Assembly (NCBI GenBank): GCA_016187035.1
Contig: JACPKL010000010.1
Location: 26,014 to 90,013 of the forward strand
DNA: 64,000 bases
Direction of reading: 5' to 3'
Origin: Candidatus Daviesbacteria bacterium
Lineage (GTDB): Bacteria > Patescibacteriota > Microgenomatia > Daviesbacterales > UBA10151
Part shown: positions 45,868 to 52,462 of the stretch, in pieces
How positions within the stretch are numbered: the stretch's first letter is position 1
Layout: the number at the start of each line of letters is the position of its first letter
Translations under genes and position numbers: made by a program
The notes under the pieces: generated by a model
What the model was told of the DNA's origin: nothing
What the model saw: only the letters and a program-made list of their open reading frames with translations
Database searches by the model: none

Positions 45868-45955
45868 CTACTGAAATTTTTATTAATCATTAATTAACCA
45901 CTTGAAATGGTCATGTAGGGGAATTGTAACAAAGCTAGAGGTTAAATGCAAGCTG

Positions 45956-46264
45956 CTACATCTTAACTTCAATGTCAACACCTGCAGGAATCTCAAGGTG
46001 CATTAAAGAGTCTATGGTTTTTTGGGTGGGCTCAACAATGTCAACCATTCTTTTGTGGGTCCTAATTTCAAATGCTTCTCTGGCATTTTTATCAGTATGA
46101 GGAGATTTTAAAACTGTCATTCTTTCAGTCTTAGTAGGTAGGGGAATAGGACCAACTATTTTGGCTCCTGTTCTTAAAGCTGTATCCAAAAGAGAATCAC
46201 AGGTATTATCAAGTACCCTATGATCGTAACTTTTAAGTTTAACACGTATTCTGCCTCTTGGCAT
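45956..46264 (-). CDS. rpsJ: 30S ribosomal protein S10
   Basis: [14 protein letters not shown]...PLPTK...SPH.DK..REQFE-like blocks. Confidence 0.9.
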   Translation of the reverse strand: MPRGRIRVKLKSYDHRVLDNTCDSLLDTALRTGAKIVGPIPLPTKTERMTVLKSPHTDKNAREAFEIRTHKRMVDIVEPTQKTIDSLMHLEIPAGVDIEVKM

Positions 46265-46301
46265 ATAAAGCTTATTCCCCTTTCAATGTGCACAACAAAA
46301 C

Positions 46302-47486
46302 TTAGGCTATTATCTTGGTAATTACCCCGGCGCCAACTGTTTTACCGCCTTCTCTAACAGCAAATCTTAAACCTTCTTCCATCGCTACAGGTGTAATTAA
46401 TTTCCCCGTCACTTTAACAGTATCTCCTGGCATAGCCATTTCCACACCTTCAGGAAGTTGAACTTCACCAGTTACATCAGTGGTTCTAATATAGAATTGT
46501 GGTCTGTAACCTTTGAAAAATGGAGTATGTCTTCCTCCTTCTTCCTTAGATAAGATGTAAACTTCTGCTTCAAATTCAGAATGCGGAGTGATTGAGCCGG
46601 GTTTAGCAAGTACCTGACCTCTTTCAACATCATCCTTTTCAATACCTCTTAGTAAAATTCCTGCATTGTCTCCGGCCTGACCTTCATCAAGAAGTTTATG
46701 AAACATCTCAATACCTGTGACTACACTTTTCTTAGTTGATCTTATACCCACAATTTCTATCTCCTCATTAAGTTTAACTTTTCCTCTTTCAATTCTGCCT
46801 GTTACTACTGTTCCACGGCCTTTAATCGAGAATACATCTTCAACCGCCATCAAAAATGGCTTATCCACATCTCTTACTGGTGTGGGAATCCACTCATCAA
46901 CTTTAGCCATCAATTCTTCAATTGCTTTAATCGCTTCAGGATCACCATTCAAGGCTTTTAAGGCTGAGCCTCTAACTATTGGGGAATTTGGATCATAATT
47001 GTATTTCTTTAAAAGGTCTTTAATTTCTTCTTCTACTAAATCAATTAATTCTGGATCTGATACTTGATCAATTTTATTTAGGAAAACTACAATTGCTGGA
47101 ACTCCTACTTGGTAAGCAAGCAATAAATGCTCTCTTGTTTGAGGCATTGGACCGTCTGGAGCAGAAACAACCAAAATAGCACCATCGGTTTGAGCAGCAC
47201 CGGTAATCATATTCTTGATGTAATCTGCATGGCCTGGCATGTCAATATGGGCATAGTGCCTTTTTTCTGTTTCATATTCTTGGTGAGAAATATTAATGGT
47301 AATACCACGGGCTTTTTCTTCCGGAGCATTATCAATTTGGTCAACTGATCTTTTTTCTGCCATTCCTTTAGCAGCTAAAACACTGGTTATTGCAGCAGTT
47401 AAAGTAGTTTTACCATGGTCAACATGACCCATGGTACCAACGTTCACATGTGGTTTTGATCTGTCAAATTTTTTTGCCTCAGCCAT
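46302..47486 (-). CDS. tuf: elongation factor Tu
   Basis: [18 protein letters not shown] and NKID. 394 aa. Confidence 0.95.
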   Translation of the reverse strand: MAEAKKFDRSKPHVNVGTMGHVDHGKTTLTAAITSVLAAKGMAEKRSVDQIDNAPEEKARGITINISHQEYETEKRHYAHIDMPGHADYIKNMITGAAQTDGAILVVSAPDGPMPQTREHLLLAYQVGVPAIVVFLNKIDQVSDPELIDLVEEEIKDLLKKYNYDPNSPIVRGSALKALNGDPEAIKAIEELMAKVDEWIPTPVRDVDKPFLMAVEDVFSIKGRGTVVTGRIERGKVKLNEEIEIVGIRSTKKSVVTGIEMFHKLLDEGQAGDNAGILLRGIEKDDVERGQVLAKPGSITPHSEFEAEVYILSKEEGGRHTPFFKGYRPQFYIRTTDVTGEVQLPEGVEMAMPGDTVKVTGKLITPVAMEEGLRFAVREGGKTVGAGVITKIIA

Positions 47487-47498
47487 AATTTAGTCTTT

Positions 47499-47521
47499 AA
47501 AAACAGCGTTCTCTTACGCTG
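47499..47521 (-). terminator. hairpin plus U5 in the 75-nt spacer upstream of tuf
   Basis: The minus strand reads CAGCGtaagagaaCGCTG-TTTTT, 13 nt before the tuf ATG. Confidence 0.45.
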
Positions 47522-47529
47522 CCTTTAAT

Positions 47530-47558
47530 AATATACATAAATCTTACATAAAATGCAA
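47530..47558 (-). promoter_or_regulatory. candidate tuf promoter
   Basis: The minus strand reads TTGCAT-17 nt-TATATT, located upstream of the hairpin at 47499-47521. Confidence 0.4.
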
Positions 47559-47561
47559 TAG

Positions 47562-47783
47562 TTAAGTTAAAGGGGGGGGTTTTGGTTTAAGATAATTTGT
47601 TGTTAATCTTAAAGTTAAATCAGCTGCCCTTAATACACCTCCCATTAATGTATCATACTCATCTGGATCATCAGATGGCTCGGTTGTGTTTAGTCTTTGA
47701 AGCATCCTTACTGTTAGTAATTCCGCAGCTTCTATCAAAGGTGTTTCGATTGTCCCCGGAAATCGATCAGGGCTTAAAGCCAT
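47562..47783 (-). CDS. hypothetical small acidic protein between fusA and tuf
   Basis: The 73-aa ORF is co-directional with the operon: MALSPDRFPGTIETPLIEAAELLTVRMLQRL...DDPDEYDTLMGG... It ends KPKPPPLT across a C8 run (plus-strand G8 at 47572-47579). No recognisable family. Confidence 0.4.
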   Translation of the reverse strand: MALSPDRFPGTIETPLIEAAELLTVRMLQRLNTTEPSDDPDEYDTLMGGVLRAADLTLRLTTNYLKPKPPPLT

Positions 47784-47824
47784 ACTTTATAGAAATATCA
47801 TATTTAAAAAACAGTTGTCAACCA

Positions 47825-49999
47825 TTAGCGCTCAACCCGGCCGGTAAAGCCTGAGGACTCGACAATTTTTTGAGTAATATTTTGTGGAACCGGTTCATAA
47901 TGGTCTGCTTCCATATAATAAGTAGCCCTGCCCTGAGACATACTCCTGATAGCTGTAGCATATCCATGCATTTCAGCCAGAGGCACTAAGGCCAATACCA
48001 CCCTGGCATTTCCCCTTGACTCAGATGATAAAATCTGAGCTCTTTTTGAGGATAAATCACCAATAATCTCACCTAAAAATTCATCGGGAGTGGTTACTTC
48101 CACTTTCATTATTGGCTCAAGTAAAATCATATCTGCAATTTTGGCTGCCTCAGACAAGCCTAAAGAGGCTGCAATTTTAAAAGCTATCTCAGAGGAATCA
48201 ACATCATGAAAAGAACCGTCATAAACAGTCACTTTAATATCTGTAACAGGGAAGCCTGCTAAAATCCCTGTATCTTCTTTTTCAATCACTCCTTTTTCAA
48301 TTGGCGGTATAAACTCTCTTGGAATGGCTCCGCCAACCACCTCTGAAACAAATTCCCTGCCTTGCCCTCTTGGCAATGGTTCAATCTTCAAAAGACAATG
48401 TCCATATTGACCCCTGCCACCTGTCTGCCTGATATATTTACCCTCTCCTTCAGCATATTTAGTAATAGTCTCTTTATAAGCTACCTGCGGCTGGCCAACA
48501 TTAGCATCAACTTTAAACTCTCTTTTCATTCTATCTACTAAAATTTCCAGTTGTAATTCTCCCATGCCGGCAATAATAGTTTGGCCTGTTTCAGCATCAG
48601 ACTTAACCCTGAAAGTAGGATCTTCCTCAGCCAGTCTTTGTAAAGACAATCCCAGTCTCTCCTGATCTGATTTAGTTTTGGGTTCAATAGCCAAAGAAAT
48701 GACCGGATCTGGAAAAGTGATAGACTCTAAAATAATTGGCGAAGTTTCATCGCATAAAGTATCTCCGGTAATAGTATCTTTAAGCCCAACAGCTGCCACA
48801 ATTTCTCCGGCAAAAGCCTCTTCAATTTCTTCCCTGTCATTAGCATGCATTAAAAGCAGCCTGCCTACCCGTTCTTTAATTTGTTTGGTAGAGTTATAAA
48901 CATAAGAACCGCTCTTTAAAGTTCCTGAGTAAACTCTAATATAAGTTAATTTCCCCACATGAGGATCAACCTGAATTTTAAAAGCCAAAGCAGATAAAGA
49001 AGCTTTAGGATCTGTTTTCTCAATATCCTGGGGAGAAGGCAGATATTCCACCACACAATCTAACATTTTTTGGACACCTTTATTTCTTAGAGATGACCCT
49101 GCTAAAACTGGAACAATCTTACTCCCAATGACAGCTCTTCTTAAAGCAAGTTTCAACTCTTCAACGGACATATCTTGCCCGCCCAAGTATTTTTCCATTA
49201 AGATATCATCAGTACCGGCAATTTCTTCAACTAATTTTTCCCTGGCTGCTTTAACTTCTTCCGCCATATCAGCAGGAATTTCTACTTCATTAAATTTAGC
49301 GCCGGTATCACTTGTCCCGAGCGGACCTGTCCTGAGCGGACCTGTCCTGAGCGAAGTCGAAGGAGTCGAAGGAGTCGAAGGAGCCGAGGGATCACCTTCC
49401 CAAATATAGGCTTTTTCAGTCAGTAAATCTACCACACCTTTAAAATCATTTTCCCGTCCAATGGGTAAATTGTAGGCAATGGCATTGGCCCCTAACCTAT
49501 CCCTGGCAGACTGGATTGTAGCCTGAAAATCTGCACCCACCACATCCATTTTATTGGAAAAAGCAATCAAAGGCACATTGTATTTGTTAGCCTGCCTCCA
49601 GACAGTCTCTGTTTGAGACTGCACTCCTGAGGAAGAATCCAACACAATTACCGCACCATCTAATACTCTCAAAGACCTTTCCACCTCAGCAGTAAAATCT
49701 ACATGTCCGGGAGTATCAATTAAATTAATTCTATTTTCCAAAGACTCAAAAAGACCCTGTTTAACTGTCCAAAAGGCAGTAATTGCAGCAGATACAATGG
49801 TGATACCACGTTCCCTTTCCTGCTCCATCCAGTCAGTAGTAGTAGTTCCCTCGTCAATATCACCAATTTTATAAGTTCTGCCCGTATAAAAAAGAATTCT
49901 TTCAGTGGTGGTGGTCTTCCCTGCATCAATGTGAGCGATTATCCCAATGTTTCTAATCCTATCTAAGGGGAAATCTCTGTTAGTCTTTTGTAAGCCCAT
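47825..49999 (-). CDS. fusA: elongation factor G (with in-frame repeat insertion in the G' region)
   Basis: [20 protein letters not shown] and NKMD, with domains II-V present. 724 aa. Confidence 0.95.
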   Translation of the reverse strand: MGLQKTNRDFPLDRIRNIGIIAHIDAGKTTTTERILFYTGRTYKIGDIDEGTTTTDWMEQERERGITIVSAAITAFWTVKQGLFESLENRINLIDTPGHVDFTAEVERSLRVLDGAVIVLDSSSGVQSQTETVWRQANKYNVPLIAFSNKMDVVGADFQATIQSARDRLGANAIAYNLPIGRENDFKGVVDLLTEKAYIWEGDPSAPSTPSTPSTSLRTGPLRTGPLGTSDTGAKFNEVEIPADMAEEVKAAREKLVEEIAGTDDILMEKYLGGQDMSVEELKLALRRAVIGSKIVPVLAGSSLRNKGVQKMLDCVVEYLPSPQDIEKTDPKASLSALAFKIQVDPHVGKLTYIRVYSGTLKSGSYVYNSTKQIKERVGRLLLMHANDREEIEEAFAGEIVAAVGLKDTITGDTLCDETSPIILESITFPDPVISLAIEPKTKSDQERLGLSLQRLAEEDPTFRVKSDAETGQTIIAGMGELQLEILVDRMKREFKVDANVGQPQVAYKETITKYAEGEGKYIRQTGGRGQYGHCLLKIEPLPRGQGREFVSEVVGGAIPREFIPPIEKGVIEKEDTGILAGFPVTDIKVTVYDGSFHDVDSSEIAFKIAASLGLSEAAKIADMILLEPIMKVEVTTPDEFLGEIIGDLSSKRAQILSSESRGNARVVLALVPLAEMHGYATAIRSMSQGRATYYMEADHYEPVPQNITQKIVESSGFTGRVER
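49314..49393 (-). repeat. expanded copy of the GC-rich mini-repeat inserted in frame in fusA
   Basis: The plus strand is gtcccga-(gcggacctgtcctga)x2-gcgaa-(gtcgaagga)x3-gccgagggatc. It is read on the minus strand as [27 protein letters not shown]. Confidence 0.8.
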
Positions 50000-50221
50000 T
50001 TAATTTTTCTCCAATTCCTTAATAATCTTTTTTACCTGCTCAATCTGCACTCTTAAAGTTGTTGCATCCTCAATAGCCATAGAATAGGCTGCATTTTCAG
50101 ACAAATCCCCTTCTTGAGCAGCCAAGCCCTTTTTTTGCTGAACTGCAACCAGCTGCTCTTCCAGCTTTTTGAGGTTATCCTGCCACATTTTTAGTTTTTC
50201 TTGTTTTAAATTTTCGTCCAT
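50000..50221 (-). CDS. GreA/GreB N-terminal coiled-coil-only protein (no C-terminal globular domain)
   Basis: 73 aa. EGDLSENAAYSMAIED matches the Gre-factor finger tip (GDLSENAEY). The stop abuts the fusA ATG with no gap. Confidence 0.6.
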   Translation of the reverse strand: MDENLKQEKLKMWQDNLKKLEEQLVAVQQKKGLAAQEGDLSENAAYSMAIEDATTLRVQIEQVKKIIKELEKN

Positions 50222-50224
50222 ATC

Positions 50225-50249
50225 TAAAAAACCTCCCTCAAGGGAGGTC
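50225..50249 (-). terminator. rho-independent terminator downstream of the toxin gene; its 3' arm doubles as a GGGAGG SD-like element
   Basis: The minus strand reads ACCTCCCttgAGGGAGGT-TTTTT-agat-ATG(50221). Confidence 0.55.
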
Positions 50250-50314
50250 CCATTGGTAAATATTAAGTAATCCGATCCTAAAAGTCAAATACACCTATCC
50301 TTCAAAGTTTTGTT

Positions 50315-50581
50315 TTACTGGTAATGATCATTAATATCTACAACTTCTATCTCACCTACCTCAATCATACCAAATATGGCTCTATATTTGTGATCGATTC
50401 TAAATGAATATAGATTAAGATCTTTGGGTTCTAGTTTTTCTGTATTAAGAGAGGGATGGGAAATATTTTCTTCAAGTAATTTAATTTGTTTGGTGTATTT
50501 TTCACTTAAATTGCGCTTGGTCAAATATTTAGCTAGCCTTACTTTAAGAGGTTTTATCTTCATAAAAAGAAGAGTCTTCAA
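50315..50581 (-). CDS. RelE/ParE-superfamily type II toxin
   Basis: 88 aa. NISHPSLNTEKLEPKDLNLYSFRIDHKYRAIFGMIEVGEIEVVDINDHY fits the RelE/YafQ-like pattern (HPSL..+KL.....YS.RI...YRAIF......I.V..I..H). It overlaps the upstream RHH gene. An alternative start is Met7 at 50563. Confidence 0.65.
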   Translation of the reverse strand: MKTLLFMKIKPLKVRLAKYLTKRNLSEKYTKQIKLLEENISHPSLNTEKLEPKDLNLYSFRIDHKYRAIFGMIEVGEIEVVDINDHYQ

Positions 50582-50819
50582 GTCCTCGTATTATACTTTT
50601 AATGAACTTTTGGTTATATTTACCTGTTTTGAGCAGATCTGTTTCAACCTCTTCTAAGGGCTTTCTTACAAAGGATCTAAACTCAATTTCTCCGCTGGAG
50701 AAATATCTTCTTAGTAAACTTCTGATAAATTCAGAACGGGTTGCGAAACCCCGCCTTTTTGTCTCAGAATCAACGTTCTTTGCTATTTGATCTGGAAGAG
50801 AAATAGTGACGGTTGTCAT
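50544..50819 (-). CDS. ribbon-helix-helix (CopG/ParD-like) antitoxin
   Basis: Trimmed to MTTVTISLPDQIAKNVDSETKRRGFATRSEFIRSLLRRYF (ATG 50819), which has the classic RHH beta-strand plus two helices. Confidence 0.65.
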   Translation of the reverse strand: MTTVTISLPDQIAKNVDSETKRRGFATRSEFIRSLLRRYFSSGEIEFRSFVRKPLEEVETDLLKTGKYNQKFIKSIIRGLEDSSFYEDKTS

Positions 50820-50828
50820 ATTACTAAT

Positions 50829-50857
50829 ATTTAACAATATTTGTGAATTTTTGTCAA
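50829..50857 (-). promoter_or_regulatory. candidate promoter of the TA pair
   Basis: The minus strand reads TTGACA-17 nt-TTAAAT-attagtaat-ATG(50819). Confidence 0.45.
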
Positions 50858-50878
50858 GGTTTGGATAGATTCCAAAAG

Positions 50879-51409
50879 TCAACCCAACTGATAACTCCAT
50901 CCTGGTTGCCACTTAAATAGGGTTGTTGTCAAGGTTTCTAATGATACTCCTTTTATCCAATGCTCTAATCCAAATCGAGTGGCACGATGCCCAATAATCA
51001 TTACCTTTTTATCCTCATAATTTATCTTTAAATCATCCAAGAAATCCTTTATTCTTTTAGATGACTGTTCATAACTCTCACCATTCGGGAATGGTTCTGT
51101 TATATAATTAATCAGTTGGGGTTCCACTTCACTACTTGGATGCCTGGTTAAATCACCGTAATCACATTCCCTAAGTCTTGGATCTTTAATAATTGGAAAC
51201 TTTTTTCCAAAAGCAATTTCTGCGGTTTTGTATGACCTTTGTAAATCAGAGCAAAAGATAGTATCGAACTTTTGATCTTTATATCTTCTACCTAATTGTT
51301 TCGCTTGTTGCTCACCAAGTGATGAAAGCGTTATATCATTGTGTCCAGATGATAAGTAATTCTCATTATCCAAACTAGTAGCGTGGGTTTCAAAAATGAT
51401 TGTTATCAT
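50879..51409 (-). CDS. histidine phosphatase superfamily protein (PGAM-like) with non-canonical first motif
   Basis: 176 aa. SDLQRSYKTAEI and IIGHRATR fit the family. The N-terminal motif reads FETHATSLDN where RHGxT..N is expected (Arg to Thr, Gly to Ala). Confidence 0.6.
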   Translation of the reverse strand: MITIIFETHATSLDNENYLSSGHNDITLSSLGEQQAKQLGRRYKDQKFDTIFCSDLQRSYKTAEIAFGKKFPIIKDPRLRECDYGDLTRHPSSEVEPQLINYITEPFPNGESYEQSSKRIKDFLDDLKINYEDKKVMIIGHRATRFGLEHWIKGVSLETLTTTLFKWQPGWSYQLG

Positions 51410-51412
51410 ATA

Positions 51413-51441
51413 CTTGCTCTAATGATTCGTATCATCTTAAT
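51413..51441 (-). promoter_or_regulatory. copy 2 of the 28-nt palindrome-centred motif, 12 nt upstream of the phosphatase ATG
   Basis: cttgctctaATGATtCGTATCATcttaat, with one central mismatch in the palindrome. Confidence 0.55.
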
Positions 51442-51446
51442 AGATG

Positions 51447-51893
51447 CTAAAAAGCCTTTTTGTCTTTGGATTTTTTCTCAAGTTCTTTTTTTAAATATCT
51501 CCATGCCCCACTACCTTTTCCTCTGGTTGCTGGAGTTATTAATACTTGAGCAGTTTTGTTAAGAATCTCTTTTAATTTTTCATCTCTTAAAATTCTGCTT
51601 ACAGCCTTTTTATAACCATTACTCCCATATTTTATAGCATTATTAACCACAGCCACCGTTTGGAAACTGACATGCAAAACTTTATTTATTTCCCGATATT
51701 CATATCCTTGAGTTAAAAGGAAAGCGATAGCTAATCTTTTAGTTAGCATTATTCGTTCTGTAGGGGTAAGTAAATCACTAACAATTTCATCTGCATCTTG
51801 AGAATTTTTAATCCCAATTAAAGTCTTCGTAAATATTTCCCAACATCTGTCATAAACATCTTTGGAGATTGGATATTTTGAAACTTGGGTCAT
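51447..51893 (-). CDS. YerC/YecD-like TrpR-family DNA-binding protein
   Basis: 148 aa. LLTPTERIMLTKRLAIAFLLTQGYEYREINKVLHVSFQTVAVVNN matches the TrpR-related YerC pattern. Confidence 0.6.
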   Translation of the reverse strand: MTQVSKYPISKDVYDRCWEIFTKTLIGIKNSQDADEIVSDLLTPTERIMLTKRLAIAFLLTQGYEYREINKVLHVSFQTVAVVNNAIKYGSNGYKKAVSRILRDEKLKEILNKTAQVLITPATRGKGSGAWRYLKKELEKKSKDKKAF

Positions 51894-51921
51894 TTGCTTT
51901 GATGATACGTATCATCTTAAT
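51893..51921 (-). promoter_or_regulatory. copy 3 of the 28-nt palindrome-centred motif, abutting the yerC-like start codon
   Basis: caTTTGCTTTGATGATACGTATCATCTTAAT. On the minus strand, the TATCAT of the palindrome lies 8 nt upstream of the ATG. Confidence 0.55.
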
Positions 51922-51975
51922 AATAGTAAGAAAAATATACTATGTCAATAATTTTGAGTATTTTGATATTGGAGT

Positions 51976-52146
51976 TTATTTTTTACTTTCGGATTTTCTA
52001 AATAAAGCAACTGCAATTTCTGCATTTGATGCACCCTGCTGGCTTAAGATAAGGATATTTTCTGCAAGCTCCCTTACTGATTGGACAGTATTATACCCAC
52101 TTTCTGGTAGAATGTCATAGCAGGTTCTGGGGCAGTTCTTAATCCA
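51976..52146 (-). pseudogene. start-less reading frame encoding a truncated LuxR-type HTH remnant
   Basis: The frame -1 relative to ORF 52074..52367 reads ...SVRELAENILILSQQGASNAEIAVALFRKSESKK*. This matches G-x-SN-x-EIA-x2-L of LuxR/FixJ HTHs but stops before the recognition helix ends. There is no ATG/GTG/TTG start in the open frame. Confidence 0.35.
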
Positions 52147-52367
52147 TTAACTCCTTCTTGTCTAAGGTAAGCCTCTATTCCTTTTAGAATCTCACTTCCA
52201 GCAACAGCTGCATCTCCTTCATTTAGATCGTCTGGGGGAAACTTTGATAATTCTAAAGCCCTAGCAATTAAAGGATGGGATTGTCTATTGATTGGCCCAT
52301 TAGGAGATCTATGTTTAGCAACTTTTAGGGCAACAATTAGTCCCTCTACTTTTCTTTCTATTGGCAC
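52074..52367 (-). CDS. hypothetical protein (possibly degenerate)
   Basis: 97 aa. The C-terminal ...AMTFYQKVGI weakly recalls a GNAT C-terminal strand (A..FY.K.GF). No confident family. Confidence 0.35.
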   Translation of the reverse strand: MPIERKVEGLIVALKVAKHRSPNGPINRQSHPLIARALELSKFPPDDLNEGDAAVAGSEILKGIEAYLRQEGVNGLRTAPEPAMTFYQKVGIILSNQ

Positions 52368-52462
52368 TTCAACTTGGATTGGATCATCAAACCACTGTTG
52401 GAGTGTACTTAATTTGGTTTACTGCTCTGGCTAATCTTCTAGTGGCAGCAAAATCTATAGGA

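Noticed and set aside
47597-47854. An 85-aa plus-strand ORF in the fusA-tuf spacer.
   Set aside because: It overlaps the fusA 3' end on the opposite strand and has a Leu/His/Pro-rich translation that is not protein-like. The co-directional minus-strand ORF (47562-47783) is the better, though still uncertain, candidate.
50000-52462. The island considered as an integrated mobile element or prophage remnant.
   Set aside because: I could find no integrase, transposase or recombinase ORF, no flanking direct repeats, and no adjacent tRNA. I therefore report it only as an accessory insert of unknown origin.
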